This document shows, piece after piece, positions 23,778-41,907 of a stretch of 64,000 bases of DNA (the stretch's first letter is position 1; each line of letters begins with the position of its first letter). The stretch covers positions 1-64,000 of the forward strand of contig QPMI01000186.1 of the NCBI GenBank assembly GCA_004431415.1. The letters run 5' to 3'. The notes beneath the pieces were generated by a model. It did not search any database. It saw nothing but the letters and a program-made list of their open reading frames with translations, and was not told where the DNA came from. This DNA is from Cyanophora paradoxa CCMP329. Its lineage: Eukaryota; Plantae; Glaucophyta. The translations under genes were made by a program, and so were the position numbers.

Positions 23778-25862
23778 TCACTTGGAGGCCGCCTTCTTCC
23801 TCTGGATCGCGCGGTACTCCTGCGGGGGCCCGGGGCCGGGCGCCCTCGGTCAAGAGAGGGGCGGCCGCGCAGCGGCAGCGTGCCGGGGGCTGACCAGCCT
23901 GCGGAGGATGCGCTTGAGGACGCCGGCGACGGCCTCGCGCTGCTCGGGCCCCAGCCGCCTGCCCCGGCCCCGCCCCGTCGGCCACCAGCGCACCCGCCGC
24001 GCCCCGCCGCGCCCCGCCGCGCCGCGCACCCGCCGTCGGGGCCCGAAACCACGATCCTGTCGTGCACGTTGCCGTCCCAGTCCGTCCTGCGCCGCGGCCT
24101 CAGGCCCGCCCGAGGAGCGCGGCGGGAGCGGGGTGGCGCACGAGATCTCGGCCTGGCGGGGAAGGGGGGACGGGGTGAGGGGCGCCGGGGGCGCGAGCTG
24201 AGACGGGGAGGGAGGGGGGTGGGGGGGGGAAGGGGGGGGGGGTGGGCACGGAGAGGACGGAGACGTCGGCCTCCTTGAGGGCGGAGGTGACCTGCGGGGG
24301 GAGCGTGAGGGGCGCCGGAGAGCGGAAGCCGGCGGGGCGCGCCTCGAAGGCGAGGTAGGCCTGGTCCTTGCACTTGATCTCGACGAGGCCTGCGCCGCGC
24401 CGCTCGGCGGGGGCGGGGGCGAGGGGCGAGGCGCCGGGGCCGCGCACTGAGGCCGGGCTCCTCGGGGTGGTCCCCGACGGTGACGAGGGAGCCGGCGGGG
24501 TCCGGCACCCCCGCCAGCTGCTCCTCCGAGACGTCGCCCCCCTCCCCCAGCTCCCCGTGCGCTGCCCGCCCCGCGCCCCCCGTCGGCCCCGCACCGCCTC
24601 CCGCCTCCCGGGCGGGCCCCGCGCGCACCCGGCGTGTACTGCTTGTCGTTCCGCACCACGGAGAGGAGCGCGTCTGCTCGGCCCCTGTCACCGAGCGCCG
24701 GCCGGCGGGGGGCATTTCTTTCGGAGGCGCCGACGCACCGAAAAGGCGCTGTACCCCGTCCCCGGCGATGTTGAAGGGGGAGCAATCGCCGAAGCGAACG
24801 TAAAAGTTGTCGTGGACGGCGTGGAACTGTGCGGGAGCCCCGGTGAGAGGGGCACACTGGGGCGGGGAGGCGGGAACGGCACCTGGCTGTCCGTCTTGAT
24901 GTGCGCGTGGAAGAGCTGAGGGGCGCGATCAGCGGCGGGGTCAGTGGCAGTACCCGCTGCAGGCGGCGCACTGCAGGGGGCGCCGTCAGCTGGGCCCGAC
25001 TTGGAGATCAGAGAAGCGGAGCAGATGCGCGCACCCGGGTACTGGAAGTCGTGAAGAGTGCCTAGGATGTCAGCGAGGAGCCCGGGCCGGTCCTGGCCGC
25101 GCGCGCGGATGACGAACCTGGCGGGGCCGAGGTGAGAAGGGCGGCGAGGGGCAGTGGGAGGCTCGGGCGGGGCGGACATGTGGCCGTGCCCGCGGACGCG
25201 GCGCTCGACGATTTGGAGGGAGACGCCGGCCTCGTCGTGCGCCTCGTGCAGCGTGACGTCGTCCGGCCTGCGCGCCGCCGCGTCCCGTGAGCGCCCCCCG
25301 CACTTGCGTCCACTTGCGTACGACCGCACTTGCGTTCGCGGAAGCTCCTGAGGTCGTCCACCGGCGGCGGCGTCGGCTTGCGCTCGAACGGGGGCGGCAC
25401 GTTGGGGCGCAGCGGCGAGGACGGGGGCGGGATGATGGGGCTCGAGTTGTCGCGGAGTGAGGCGCGTGCGGCGATTGGGTCCGCGGACGGGCCCGGCGCT
25501 CGGCGGAGGACGAGCCGGGACGACGGGACGAACGACGACGTCAGCTGCACGCTAGATGATGCCTGCGAGCGGAGAACGACGTCAGCTGCACGCTAGATAG
25601 TCCCTGCGTTCGACGTTGACACGGCGCGGTGCGGTGCGGCGAGAGCGGCCAATATGGACGTCTGTACTCGATTGTGGCAGAGAAGGCGGCGCACCCGCGC
25701 GTATCCTCGTGGACCGCGTTTGTGCTGGGCTTGAGGACGCTTCTCGCCAGCGCGGGCGCTGGCAGCGCTGGTCTGAACGACGCATCCGGCTGTAGGCAGC
25801 GAGGCCGGCTCCCCGAGGCCGGGAGCAAGAAGCGTCACCGCAAAGGCCGCGCTCCTCGTCAT
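23778..25862 (-). CDS. ACT-domain repeat (ACR-like) protein, probably plastid-targeted
   Basis: ACT signatures FVIRARGQDRPGLLADILGTL..LFHAHIKT..VHDNFYV and LVEIKCKDQAYLAFE|VTSALKEADVSVL..NVHDRIVV. N-terminus MTRSAAFAV.. resembles a transit peptide. Confidence 0.72.
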
Positions 25863-26269
25863 TGGAGCGGTTCACGCCGACTGCTATACAGGCTGTTCTA
25901 GGCGTTCTGAAAAACTGCAGATCACAGCTGCAAAGCGTGAGGTGTGACTTTTGACCCGTCGAGCTCGTCTTCCTCCGGGTTTTACCCCCCCTCGCCTTCA
26001 TCCCCCATCGCTCCGACCGCGATCCGGAGGAGCGCATCCGAGCGTTTCGACGCGGCCGCCCCGGATGCGATAGATCGGCTAGCACTGCTGCAGCTCGTTG
26101 ATGGGTTAGAGCTTCTCTGCTGCATGACCGATCATATTGGCCCCAAGAGCATCAGCTCTGAGTCCCCCAAGACCAACAACTCTGAGCTATCGTTGAAGCG
26201 TTTCATCTGATCGCTTACGTAGTGTCAAGGCTGCCAGAGCGCACTAGCTTGCACGTAAGGACCAAGGGG

Positions 26270-32402
<6,133 letters not shown>

Positions 32403-33179
32403 TCATTTCGCGGCGCCGGCCGCGGCCGGCGCGCATGCGCAGTCTCTCCGCGGCCAGCGCGCGGTCTCGGCCGTCGACGTCTCGCCGCGGCCGGCGCGCC
32501 GGAACGAGGGCGACGGATAAGAGATACAGCTGGCCCCGAGTTGGGACGCTTCAATCATAAAGTGCAATGCACACGCGCGTCGACGTCACCATCCACATAT
32601 GCATTTAGACTGAACTCCGCGCGCTGACCTCTGTACTTCGAGAAACATGCATATATCCGCAGAACCAGTCTTGGGCCCTTTTATACAAGCTATATATCCC
32701 CAGATCTAGAGGGGATCTCGTCCTTGAGCTCGATCTTGGTTAGAGGGGATCCTGGACTCCCGGGACTCGAGCGCTAGCGCTAGCTGCATCACAAGATAAG
32801 ATAATCAGGCTGCATCCGCCCAGCGCCAAGGCCAATGCCGGGGCGCCGGCGCCAGCGATAAAGCCGCTGAGCTAGCGCCGGCGCCGGGTTAAGCCTCAAG
32901 GAGCTCACTCGACGCCGTACCCCCAGCACAAGTGTCCAAGTCTGTCAAAAGACCCTCACAATTCTCGCAAAGGACCGTAATTATAAAGTCGAAGATTTCA
33001 AAGCCGCTGGCGCTATAGCTAAGACGCGACTCGACCAACAGCGCGAACCCTGCAGCTGCAAAGTGGCGGCGAGCGACGCGCACCCTTGCGTCCGGAGGGT
33101 CCTGTTTTTGAATCTGAGCGCCGCTGTAGGCGCTAGGGAGCCCCGGCTCGGTGCGAGGCGCGCTCCGGCGCTCCGCTCG

Positions 33180-33573
33180 ATGAAGGTCAAGATCGTCAAG
33201 TGCGCCTCGCCGCTGCCCGGCGTTGGAACTAGGCCCTGCACGCTGCAGCGTGAGCGTGCTGAGCGCAGGTGGCACGCGGTGGCCTCCTGGACATGGAACG
33301 TGGACGATGAGGCCTGCGGCATTTGCCGCAACGCGTACGACGGGTGCTGTCCGGACTGTAAGACGCCCGGCGACGACTGCCCTCTCAGTACGAAGCCCTG
33401 CGCGCGCCGCGCCGACCCACCCTCACTCTCCTGGCGCGTCGTGCGCAGTCTGGGGCGAGTGCCGGCACGCGTTCCACCTCCACTGCATCCTCAAGTGGGT
33501 GAACAGCCAGCAGGAGGGCAAGCAGCACTGCCCCATGTGCAGGAGAGACTGGAAGTTCCGCTCGTCGGACTAG
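33180..33573 (+). CDS. APC11: Anaphase-promoting complex subunit 11 (RING-H2)
   Basis: MKVKIVK|WHAVASWTWNVDDEACGICRNAYDGCCPDCKTPGDDCPL|IWGECRHAFHLHCILKWVNSQ..CPMCRRDW; two GT-AG introns. Confidence 0.97.
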
Positions 33574-34133
33574 GCGGCTGTAGGCCGAGGTAGGGGCTAG
33601 GTAGTAGGGCAGGCTCACGATGGTTCTTCATGACGCCCCGCCGCCACACGCGGCGCCGCCTGCTGGGACTCGGGGGGCCCGGGGCCCGGGGGTTGCACCT
33701 TCACTGCAGCTACCAGCTGCCGGCTGCCGGCGGCTCAGCGGCTTGCGCACGCCGGGGCGCCCACGACGTCGACGTCGACGCAGCCCTCCAGGGCGCCGGC
33801 GAGTCCCGGGACTCCCGGCCCTGCCCGAACTTTTGTCTAGCTAGCTATAGCCTGTCCCTCGCGCGGCGCGTCGTTTCGTGTTGCATTGATCTTCTGCAAG
33901 TCAATATTTAGTACTAGCGAAAAGAGAGAATATGAAATACGACAAAAAAGACATAAAGCAAGCAATCACCAAGGTGTTGCCAAAATTTTCTATCTTGTGC
34001 GGCTATGAGACTACTGAAACTGCCCTACCCCTTCTCGACCATATACGAACGGAAGAGCTGCTTGGGAAAAAGATAGCTTGCGCTGCAACTTCTTCTGAGG
34101 CTACTTCTGAGGGGAGCGGGGCTGGGGGCGGGG

Positions 34134-35671
34134 CTAGGGGGTCGCGTGGCGCGCAGGGATCGCGAGTGGGAGAGAGACGGCGCTCGAGACGAAGGGCGGC
34201 TCGAACTGGGCGGTGCCTTGGCCCGGCCGGTAGTACGGCGCGCCCCGCCCCGGCGGAGGCCGAGGGGCCCCGCCCCGGGGCGGCCTCCCACCGGGGCCTC
34301 CGCCAGGGGGCGGGCGGCCGCCCGGGCCGGGGCGGGCCGGGGCGGGGACGTGGGGCGGGGCGCCGGGGCGGCCGACGGCGGCCCAGGCGCCGCGGAGCTT
34401 GGCGGCGAGGGCGGCGGCGGGCCCGTCGGGGTCGTCCTCCCCGTCGTCCTCGTCCTCGGGCGGCAGCAGCGGCCGCCGGCAGTTGATCACGTCCGGCGAG
34501 CCCGGCAGCTCCGTCGGCGTCGCCGCCCCCGAGTCCCCGCCCAGCGCCAGCGACTCGGCGGCCAGGCCGGGGCCGCGCCCGCACGCCGGCGACTCCGAGG
34601 CCCGCGGGGCGGCCGGCGGGAAGCTCGGCGTCCGCCGCCGCCCCCGCGACGCCGTCGCCGCCACGCGCGTCGGGCTGGAGAGGAGCGCGGGGCTCGGGAT
34701 GCCCTGCGCACGCGGGGCGCGGGTGAGGCGGCGGGGGCGCGGGGCGCGGGGGCGGGCGGCGTGGGGCGCGGGCACCGCCTCGTCGTCCCAGTGGAAGGAG
34801 CCCCTGAGGCTGCCGGCCGGGAGCGGCACGGCGGCGATCAGCGAATCCATCGAGGGCGACGAGGGTCCCAGGCCCGGCAGCGGCGAGAGCCCCGCCGCTG
34901 CCCCGCCCGCCCGTCGCCGGGGCGCAGCGCTGCGCGAACGCCGCCGCCGCGGCCATGACCGGCAGCGCCGGGGCCCACGGGAGCTCCTCCTGCGGCGCGG
35001 CCAGTGGGCGGCGCGGCGCGCGCAGGGAGCCCAGCGGGCGCACCAGGAAGACCGGGGTCGGCGCCGCCCGATGGATGGCCGCTCCGGCGCGGGAAGCGCG
35101 GGCCGGAGCCTCAGCGGCCGCGGGAGGCGCCTGCGCGGGGCCTGCAGCCGGCTCAGCGATCCCGGAGCGCCCTCGGCGACAAGGGCGGGGTCGCACGGCG
35201 ACGGGGGCGGCGGCGCTTGGAGAGGCGGCCTCGTGGGTCGGCGGCTCGCCTTGCGCGAAGGCCGGCGGCGACGAGAGGGGGCAGTTGGCGGGGAGGCTTG
35301 GGGGCACAGCCCCGCTGCGCGGGCGCGGGGCGCTCCCCGCGGCGGCCGCCTCGCCCCCGCGAAGCCGGTGACCTCGCCGTCGTCGCGCTGTGAGGCCGGG
35401 CTGCCCCGCTCCTGCGCGCCGGCTCAAACGACGAGGCGCGAGGGCGCGCGGCCGACGCGCGCACCGCGTGCGACTTGGGCGAGGATCCGGCGGACGACGC
35501 GGAGCCGCAGCCCGAGGCGGAGGCCGTGCCAGACGCGTCGCACAGCGGCGGCGGGCACTCTGAAGGCGCCGGCAGCGGCGATCGCGTGAGCGGGGCACGC
35601 GGCGGCGCGGGTTGCGCCGCTCGCACCGGCGCAGGTCGTGCCGGTACCGTCGGCCCTGCACTGGCAGACAT
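34134..35671 (-). CDS. Hypothetical low-complexity Ser/Pro-rich protein
   Basis: Exon-like blocks with host splice signals (e.g. SFHWDDEA|GIPSPALL..EDEDDGEDD..HATP*); no recognisable domain. Confidence 0.45.
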
Positions 35672-36530
35672 CCGCGCCGTTCCCGTTGGAGGACTGGCTC
35701 CGGTCCAGGTGCCCGCGCGCCTTCAAAGAGTGCCCGTCCTGGGCGATCCTGCGACAAGAAACAAGCAATCAACAGGAGGACGCGATGTCAAGGGCGTGGG
35801 CTCTGATCTGACCGACTTAGTTTCCGCGCAATATCTTCTGCGGAAGGCGTCCGCGAGGCTTGCCGGCTGAAGGACATCGCGCATGCTGCGCTTACTTCCT
35901 TATCGCCTGCCGGGCCTCGCGCTTCCCCAAACTCCTGGGCTGCGACGTCGATGCATGCCGTCGGTAACGTTTCGAAAAAAAGCCACATAATGCGGCTCGC
36001 AGGCTGCGCGGGGAGCGAGGCCGACTTACCAGCTGATGCATACATGCCCTGAGCAGAAGGGCACACGACGTCGTCAGGCCGATCGCCCATCCCTTGTGAG
36101 GTTCGACGCGCGTGGGCCGTCCGCACGGCAAACCCGGGTTCCGCGGACCAGGGCGAGTGTCACTACGAAAGAGATAGGCAAGATTAGGCACAAGACAGAT
36201 GGAAGCAAGGGACAGGGACCGCTGGCAGCGGCGAATTCTGAAGGTCTCGGAGACTCGCACCCTCGATCGCGCAGCTCGGGCGCTGGCCGGGCCTCCGGAT
36301 CCACACTCAGCATCCATAGAGCCGGAACAGCTGAAGACTACAAAGGCATGAATGCCCGAGCGGAACTGGCACGGAACTCGAGCAGTGCTGTGTGTGCGAC
36401 AGGGGGGCTGGGCGGAACAGCACGCGACGCCCGACCGACGCCCTACGGCGCTAGCTGGGCGTCCGTGTGGCAGAGACTTGACTGCCGCGGATCTTAGTTT
36501 GGGGGGGTATAGCCCAGTAGTAACTGCTTG

Positions 36531-36666
36531 CTTGGTCCCCTCAGTTCGCAGCTTCTGGGCGCTGCACTACCGGTGCGGACGAGCGAGCCGGAGCGCTCTT
36601 GGTTCCATCAGTTCGCAGCTTCTGGGCGCTGCGCTACCGGTGCGGACGAGCGAGCCGGAGCGCTCT
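36531..36666. repeat. 67-bp tandem duplication immediately upstream of the NEK start codon
   Basis: TCAGTTCGCAGCTTCTGGGCGCTGC..GAGCGCTCT at 36541 and 36608, three mismatches. Confidence 0.9.
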
Positions 36667-36679
36667 AGCTTGCGTCTGG

Positions 36680-39600
36680 ATGGCGTACGAGTTGAAAGAC
36701 AAGATCGGGCACGGCGCCTTCGGCCAGGTGAGAGATGCGTGCGCGGGGGATGCTGCTAACTCGCTGACTTGCTGCATGCAGGTCTATCTAGCCCGGTCGC
36801 GTAAGGACCCCGCGCAGCTCTACGTTATAAAGAAGGTCCGCGCTCCTTCGATCTGTGTCTGTGACATGATGCGCTCTTCCGTGATGCGGTCCGAACGCGC
36901 CCATCCCTCCGCGCAGATTTGCCTAACGTGCGCCGCTCCCGGCCCCTCCGAGAACTCCCCACGCAGTGCTCACACACGCGCCGCAGTGGATTGAAGCCGG
37001 TAGACCAGTCAAATGGTCTGGCGTAGTGCCAGTGCCGTGCGCGCGTTGCCCCGACCGCCCGCGCAGCGTTCCGAGAGGCACAGCTGCTCTCTTCGCTCAA
37101 GCATCCAAACGTGAGTGCCAGTTGTCCTGCGCCGTGGAGCTGCATAGCTGCGGCGCTGTGCTCATGTCGACGCGACGCAGGTCTGCGGATGCGTCGACAG
37201 CTTCCTGGAGAAGGACGGCTCACAGGACTTCTTGTGCATAGTCATGGAGTACTGCGCGGGTAATACCTGCATCTCGCGTGATCCCGTGGGCGTGCCTCCC
37301 GGTGCGACGCCCGTGCGCAGGCGGCGACCTCCACACGGAGATCCGCAACAAGCGCGAGCGCAACGACCGCTTCTCGGAGGCTGAGATCATCGACTACTTG
37401 ATACAGATCCTCATGGCCCTCCAGTACATCCACGATCGCAAGATACTGCATCGCGATCTGAAGAGCAAGAACGTGCGCGGGGCGTGCTTCTGAGCTTCCG
37501 CCGCTTGGCTCTCTTGACCCCCCGTGCCCGCCCCGCAGCTGTTCCTCACCAAGGACAAGCGCGTTATAAAGGCGAGCCGGCTTGCCGCGTCGCGTCGCGC
37601 CGCCGCTCAGCGCGCCGCCAGATCGGGGACTTTGGAATCGCCCGAATCCTCGAGCACACGATGGACATGGCTGAGACGGCGGTCGGAACGCCGTACTACC
37701 TGAGCCCTGAGGTGTGCCAAAACAAGCCATACAACTACAAGAGCGACGTGTGGAGCGTCGGCTGCATCCTCCAGGCGCGCCACAGCCGCAAACGCAACCC
37801 CCGCCGAGCCCTCTCGGCCGCCCCATCGAGCGCCCCCCATTCCCCCCGCAGGAGCTCTGCTTCCTGAAGCACCCCTTTGACGCCACGAACATCTACGCCC
37901 TCTTGTACAAGGTGCTGCACCCTCGCCTCCGCCCTCTCGGCCCCCCCCCCCCCCCCCCCCCCCCCTGTCGTTTCGGCCGTTTCGCCCCGTTTCGCGCCCG
38001 TCGGTCACCCCGCGGCGGCTCGCCAGTCGGCCGCCCCGGGGATCTTTCTCTCCTCGAAAGAGGCGGGCAGAGCAAGCGCGTGCCGTACTCAGGGGCAGCC
38101 CCAGCGTGGGGCGGCCCCCCTTTTCTGGCCCGCACACTACAGCTAGCTGCCCCCCCTCCCCTCTCTGCCCCGAGGCCTGCGTGCCGTGGAGAGACTGCGG
38201 AGGCCGGCGCTGACGCGGGGGGCGGGGGCGCAGATCCTGCAGGACGAGGTGCCGCCGCTGCCCTCGACCTACTCGCGGGAGCTGCAGGAGCTCTCCAAGA
38301 ACATGCTCCAGCGGTGCGCGCGCCGGCCGGCCCCGGCCGGCCCCGAGCCGGCGGGCGGGGGTGCTGAGGGGGCGGGGGGCAGGAACCCGGAGCTGCGGCC
38401 GCGGGTGGCGGAGATCCTGGCCCTCCCCTTCATCACCACCCGCATCCCCTCCCTCATCGAGGTGCCCCCGGCCCGCCCGCGAGCTCCCCCCCCGGGGCCC
38501 GCCCGACGCCCGCCCCTCGCCGCCCAGTCCCTCAGCTCGGGCGCCGACGAGCTCGCGACGTCGCCCGCGCACGCGCCCTCGGAGCCCCCGCGGAGCGCCT
38601 CGTGAGTGGACCCGCCCGCCGGCTCGCCCGGGGCGGGCCGAGGGCCGGGGCGCAGGGGCGGGCAGGCGGAGCCGCTGGGGAGACGACGATGCGGAGGCCG
38701 CTGGGCCGGATGCGCGCGGCGCGCCCCGCGGCCGGGGCGAGGGCGGGGCGGGGCGGGGGCCCCCCGCGGCACTCGGCGGCGGCAGTGCTGGCGGCGCAGC
38801 TCGAGGGGCCCCGCCGCCCCGCGCCCCCGTGCCCATCTCCGACGACAGCGGCGACGACGAGGGGAGCATCCCCAGCGGCGACGACGACGACGGGAGCCCG
38901 CCGCACCGCCCCGCCGCCCCGCCGCCAGCGCCCCCGCCCCGGCCGGCGTGCCCCACTTCATCCGCAACGCGTGCGCCGCGCCGCGTCCCGAACACGCGAC
39001 CGGCGGCGCCCTCCGACGGTGCGCGTCGCGCAGGGGGGCGAACTCGGGGGGCAGCGGGGCGGGGCGGGTGCCGGCGGTGCCGCGGCCGCCCCCCGTGCGG
39101 AGCGCGCTGGAGAGCGACCCGCACTTCAAGCAGCGCGAGCAGAAGGACCTCCGCGACGTCCGCCGCACCCCTCCCCGCCCCCGCCCCCCGCCCCTCACCC
39201 GTCCCCGCCCTCCCAGGTCGCCGGCATCCTCAGGGAGTCCCTCCGCATAGAGACGGCGCGGCAGCCGGCGGCCCCGGCCCCGAGCTCGCCCTTGTCCCTC
39301 GGTGCGGCGGCCCTTCCCCCGCGCCTCCGCCTCGCGGGCGCGGAGGAAACGGGCGGGGCGGGGGCAGCGGAGCCCGAGGCGGGGAGGATCGACATGCGGG
39401 AGGCGTGGTCGAGGAAGGCCGCGCACCTGCGGGCCCAGTGCCAGGCCAAGCTCGGCCCCGACTTCCCCCGGGTGCCTACCCCGCTGAGCGTGCTCCTGCG
39501 GCGCCTGATCTTCACGGGGGTACACGCAGGTCTTCGACCTCCTCCAGAGCCGCCGCACCGCGCAGCTCAAGAAAAACCCCACCGACGACGACGCGGTACC

Positions 39601-39757
39601 CCTAGCCCGTGCCGCGGTATTCCCTGCTTTGGTGACGCTGTACCCCCCGCAGCTGATCCGGGAGCTGGACGCCATCTGTAGCGGGAACGAGGAGAAGCTT
39701 CACGCATGTAACCTCGTAGACCAGCTTATTCTCTGCCAGTGGCGTGCGAACTCTTAG
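36680..39757 (+). CDS. NEK: NIMA-related (NEK) kinase
   Basis: IGHGAFGQ|[33 protein letters not shown]|[13 protein letters not shown]|[43 protein letters not shown]; NEK-type C-terminus ..LVDQLILCQ. Confidence 0.93.
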
Positions 39758-39801
39758 CCGCTGGCCCAGTGGGCCCTTGCCTTTCATGTCACGCTGGACG
39801 A

Positions 39802-39900
39802 ATGGCTGTGACGGAAACGCACATCGGCATCCCTGAAATCCTCGAAGTCGATCGTTGAAATCGAAGCGTGCCAGGAGGATCAGGTCAAGATCTCGGAAGC
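39802..39900 (-). pseudogene. Degenerate duplicate of one SR-protein exon with its intron flanks
   Basis: ATGGCTGTGACG.AAACGCAC.TC.GCATCCCTGAAATCCTCGAAG..GAAGCGTGCCAGG..TCAGGTCAAG.TCTCGGAAG matches 41205-41302. Confidence 0.7.
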
Positions 39901-40274
39901 TTAAGGAGGCCCAGGTCTCGGAAAGAATCCCAGATACGGGGGTAAGAGCCTAGCCCTGGGAGCCTGGAGCAACCTGCGAAGCGTCCGACGCCGTGTGACG
40001 CGAGCTTCGAAATTCGGTCACGCTGACAACGCTCGCGCTCGCTCGCTAGGCCCTGAGGGCGACGCCCTCGTCGCTAGCGCCGCACGCAGGGTGACGCCCT
40101 TTTCCGCCAAGGCACCGATGCTCGCTCCCGAGCTGCGCATGCGCTCCTATGCGGAGTGTGTCTTATACTAGCATTGTTGGAGTCGGAATTTCACCGGGAG
40201 AGCCGTCGGGCCGGCGCACAACTCTCGCTGCCTAAATTGCAGATACAGCGCGCCGGGCCAAAGCGGCGGCGGGC

Positions 40275-41597
40275 CTACTGGCTCGCCGAGCGCTCGCGCT
40301 TCTTCTCGCCGGCATCGCGGTCCTCCTCCGAGCGGCGCGCGCGCTTCGGGCTCGGGCTCCGCTCCCGCTTCTCGTCGCCCCGGTCGCGGCGGTCGTCGCG
40401 GCGGTCGTCACGCTTCTCGTCGCGGCGGTCGTCCCGGCGATCGTCGCGCCGGTCGTCGCGGCGCGGGCTGCGGTCCCGCTCGCGGCGGTCCGGGCTGCGC
40501 CCCTCTCCAGTTAGAAGGCGGGCGAGCGGAGCTGCGGAGGGCGAGTTCGAACCTGCGAGACCTCCGGCGGTCGCCGCGGTCGCGGCTGCGGCTGCGGTCG
40601 CGGCGCGGGCTCCGGCTCCGCCGACGCGGCGACCGGCGGTCGTCGCGATCCCGCGGGCGCCCGGAATCGCCCCTCCCGCACTGTGGAAGCGCAAAGAGGC
40701 CTTTGCGTGAGCTGAAGGTTGCGAAGCATTGCGTATGAAGCTAGGGTGCCTCGGAAGCTAGGGTGTCACGGGTTAGGGCCTGGCTAGAGTTCGGCGGAGA
40801 GGGGAGGATCGTGGGCTACGGGATAGCGCTCGACCAGCTCTGGAAAAATCGAAATGACGCACATCGCGCGCGTAGTGGCCAGACTTTCCGCAAGCGTAGC
40901 ACTTCTTCTCCTCAACTGCGGGCGGACGGGCGTTGGTCACTTTTGAGACGGCGCTGGGCCACGTGAATCATGCGCACAGCGGCCAGAGTCCTTGGTCCTG
41001 AGAAGGGAAATGCCTTCAGTACGCGGCGGGCATTAGCGACGCGGGAACGCGAGTCGCACCACTCGACGACGAGGCGGCTTCCCCTGAAGTAGGCCTGCGC
41101 GGGGGAAGGCTCGAAGGGGCCCCGCGCTCATGCGTGCAGAAGTGCACGCACGCCGTTCATGTCGCGCTTGGCGTCCTGCGTCGATGTGAGAAGAATGGGC
41201 GGGGATGGCTGTGACGCAAACGCACCTCAGCATCCCTGAAATCCTCGAAGCTGCTCGTTGGAAGCGTGCCAGGTACCGAGGCTCAGGTCAAGGTCTCGGA
41301 AGGAGGCCCAGGAACGGGGGAGCGAGGCCTAGGAGCGAGGTCCAAGGTACGAACGTGATGAAGGCCATGTTATTCTTCACCTCGCAGCGCTTCAGCTTGC
41401 CGAAGCGACCGAACTCGTCCTCTGCGAATCCCGGTCGCGGGGCGTCGACGTCGTCGCTCGCGCGGAAGGACGGCGTGGCTCGTCGCTCGCGCCGCATGGT
41501 AACGCTCTAGCGTAGCTTTTGCAGGGGCGTTCCACGCACCGACATCTTCTACCTTCGCATCGAAAGGCACGCGAGCTACGAACAGGCTCGCCGACAT
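40275..41597 (-). CDS. SR splicing factor, RRM + CCHC knuckle + RS/RD domain (SRSF7/RSZ-like)
   Basis: MSASLFVARVPFDAKVEDV|EDEFGRFGKLKRCEVKNNMAFIT|FEDFRDAE|DAKRDMNG|AYFRGSRLVVEW; knuckle CYACGKSGHYARD|C; tail [14 protein letters not shown]. Confidence 0.9.
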
Positions 41598-41907
41598 CCT
41601 GGCGCCTTCTCGACCTCACTCTACCCCTCCGTGAGATCGCCCCCTCACCCAACGTCGCTCCCTGACAAAGTCGCTCTCCGGCGCGCAAGCTTGTCCGCCT
41701 GGAGGTATCAGCAGCCGCACATCTACGTGAATTCAGCGCTGGCAAGGCTAACGGCCCCCGCTATCCGTCCTGAAGGGCAGTCCCAGTGCAGCCTGGCAGC
41801 GCAGTCGAGCCTGAGGGTGCTGGTTTCCGCGTCAGCAGTAGAGTTTAGAAACAGTGAGAACGAGAGCGCGCGCGCCAGGCTCGACAGAAGTAGGAGCTAG
41901 CTAGGAC

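Noticed and set aside
33932-34486. ORF MKYDKKDIKQ..
   Set aside because: The AT-rich start is probably the 3' UTR of the minus-strand gene, and the rest is antisense to its last exon.
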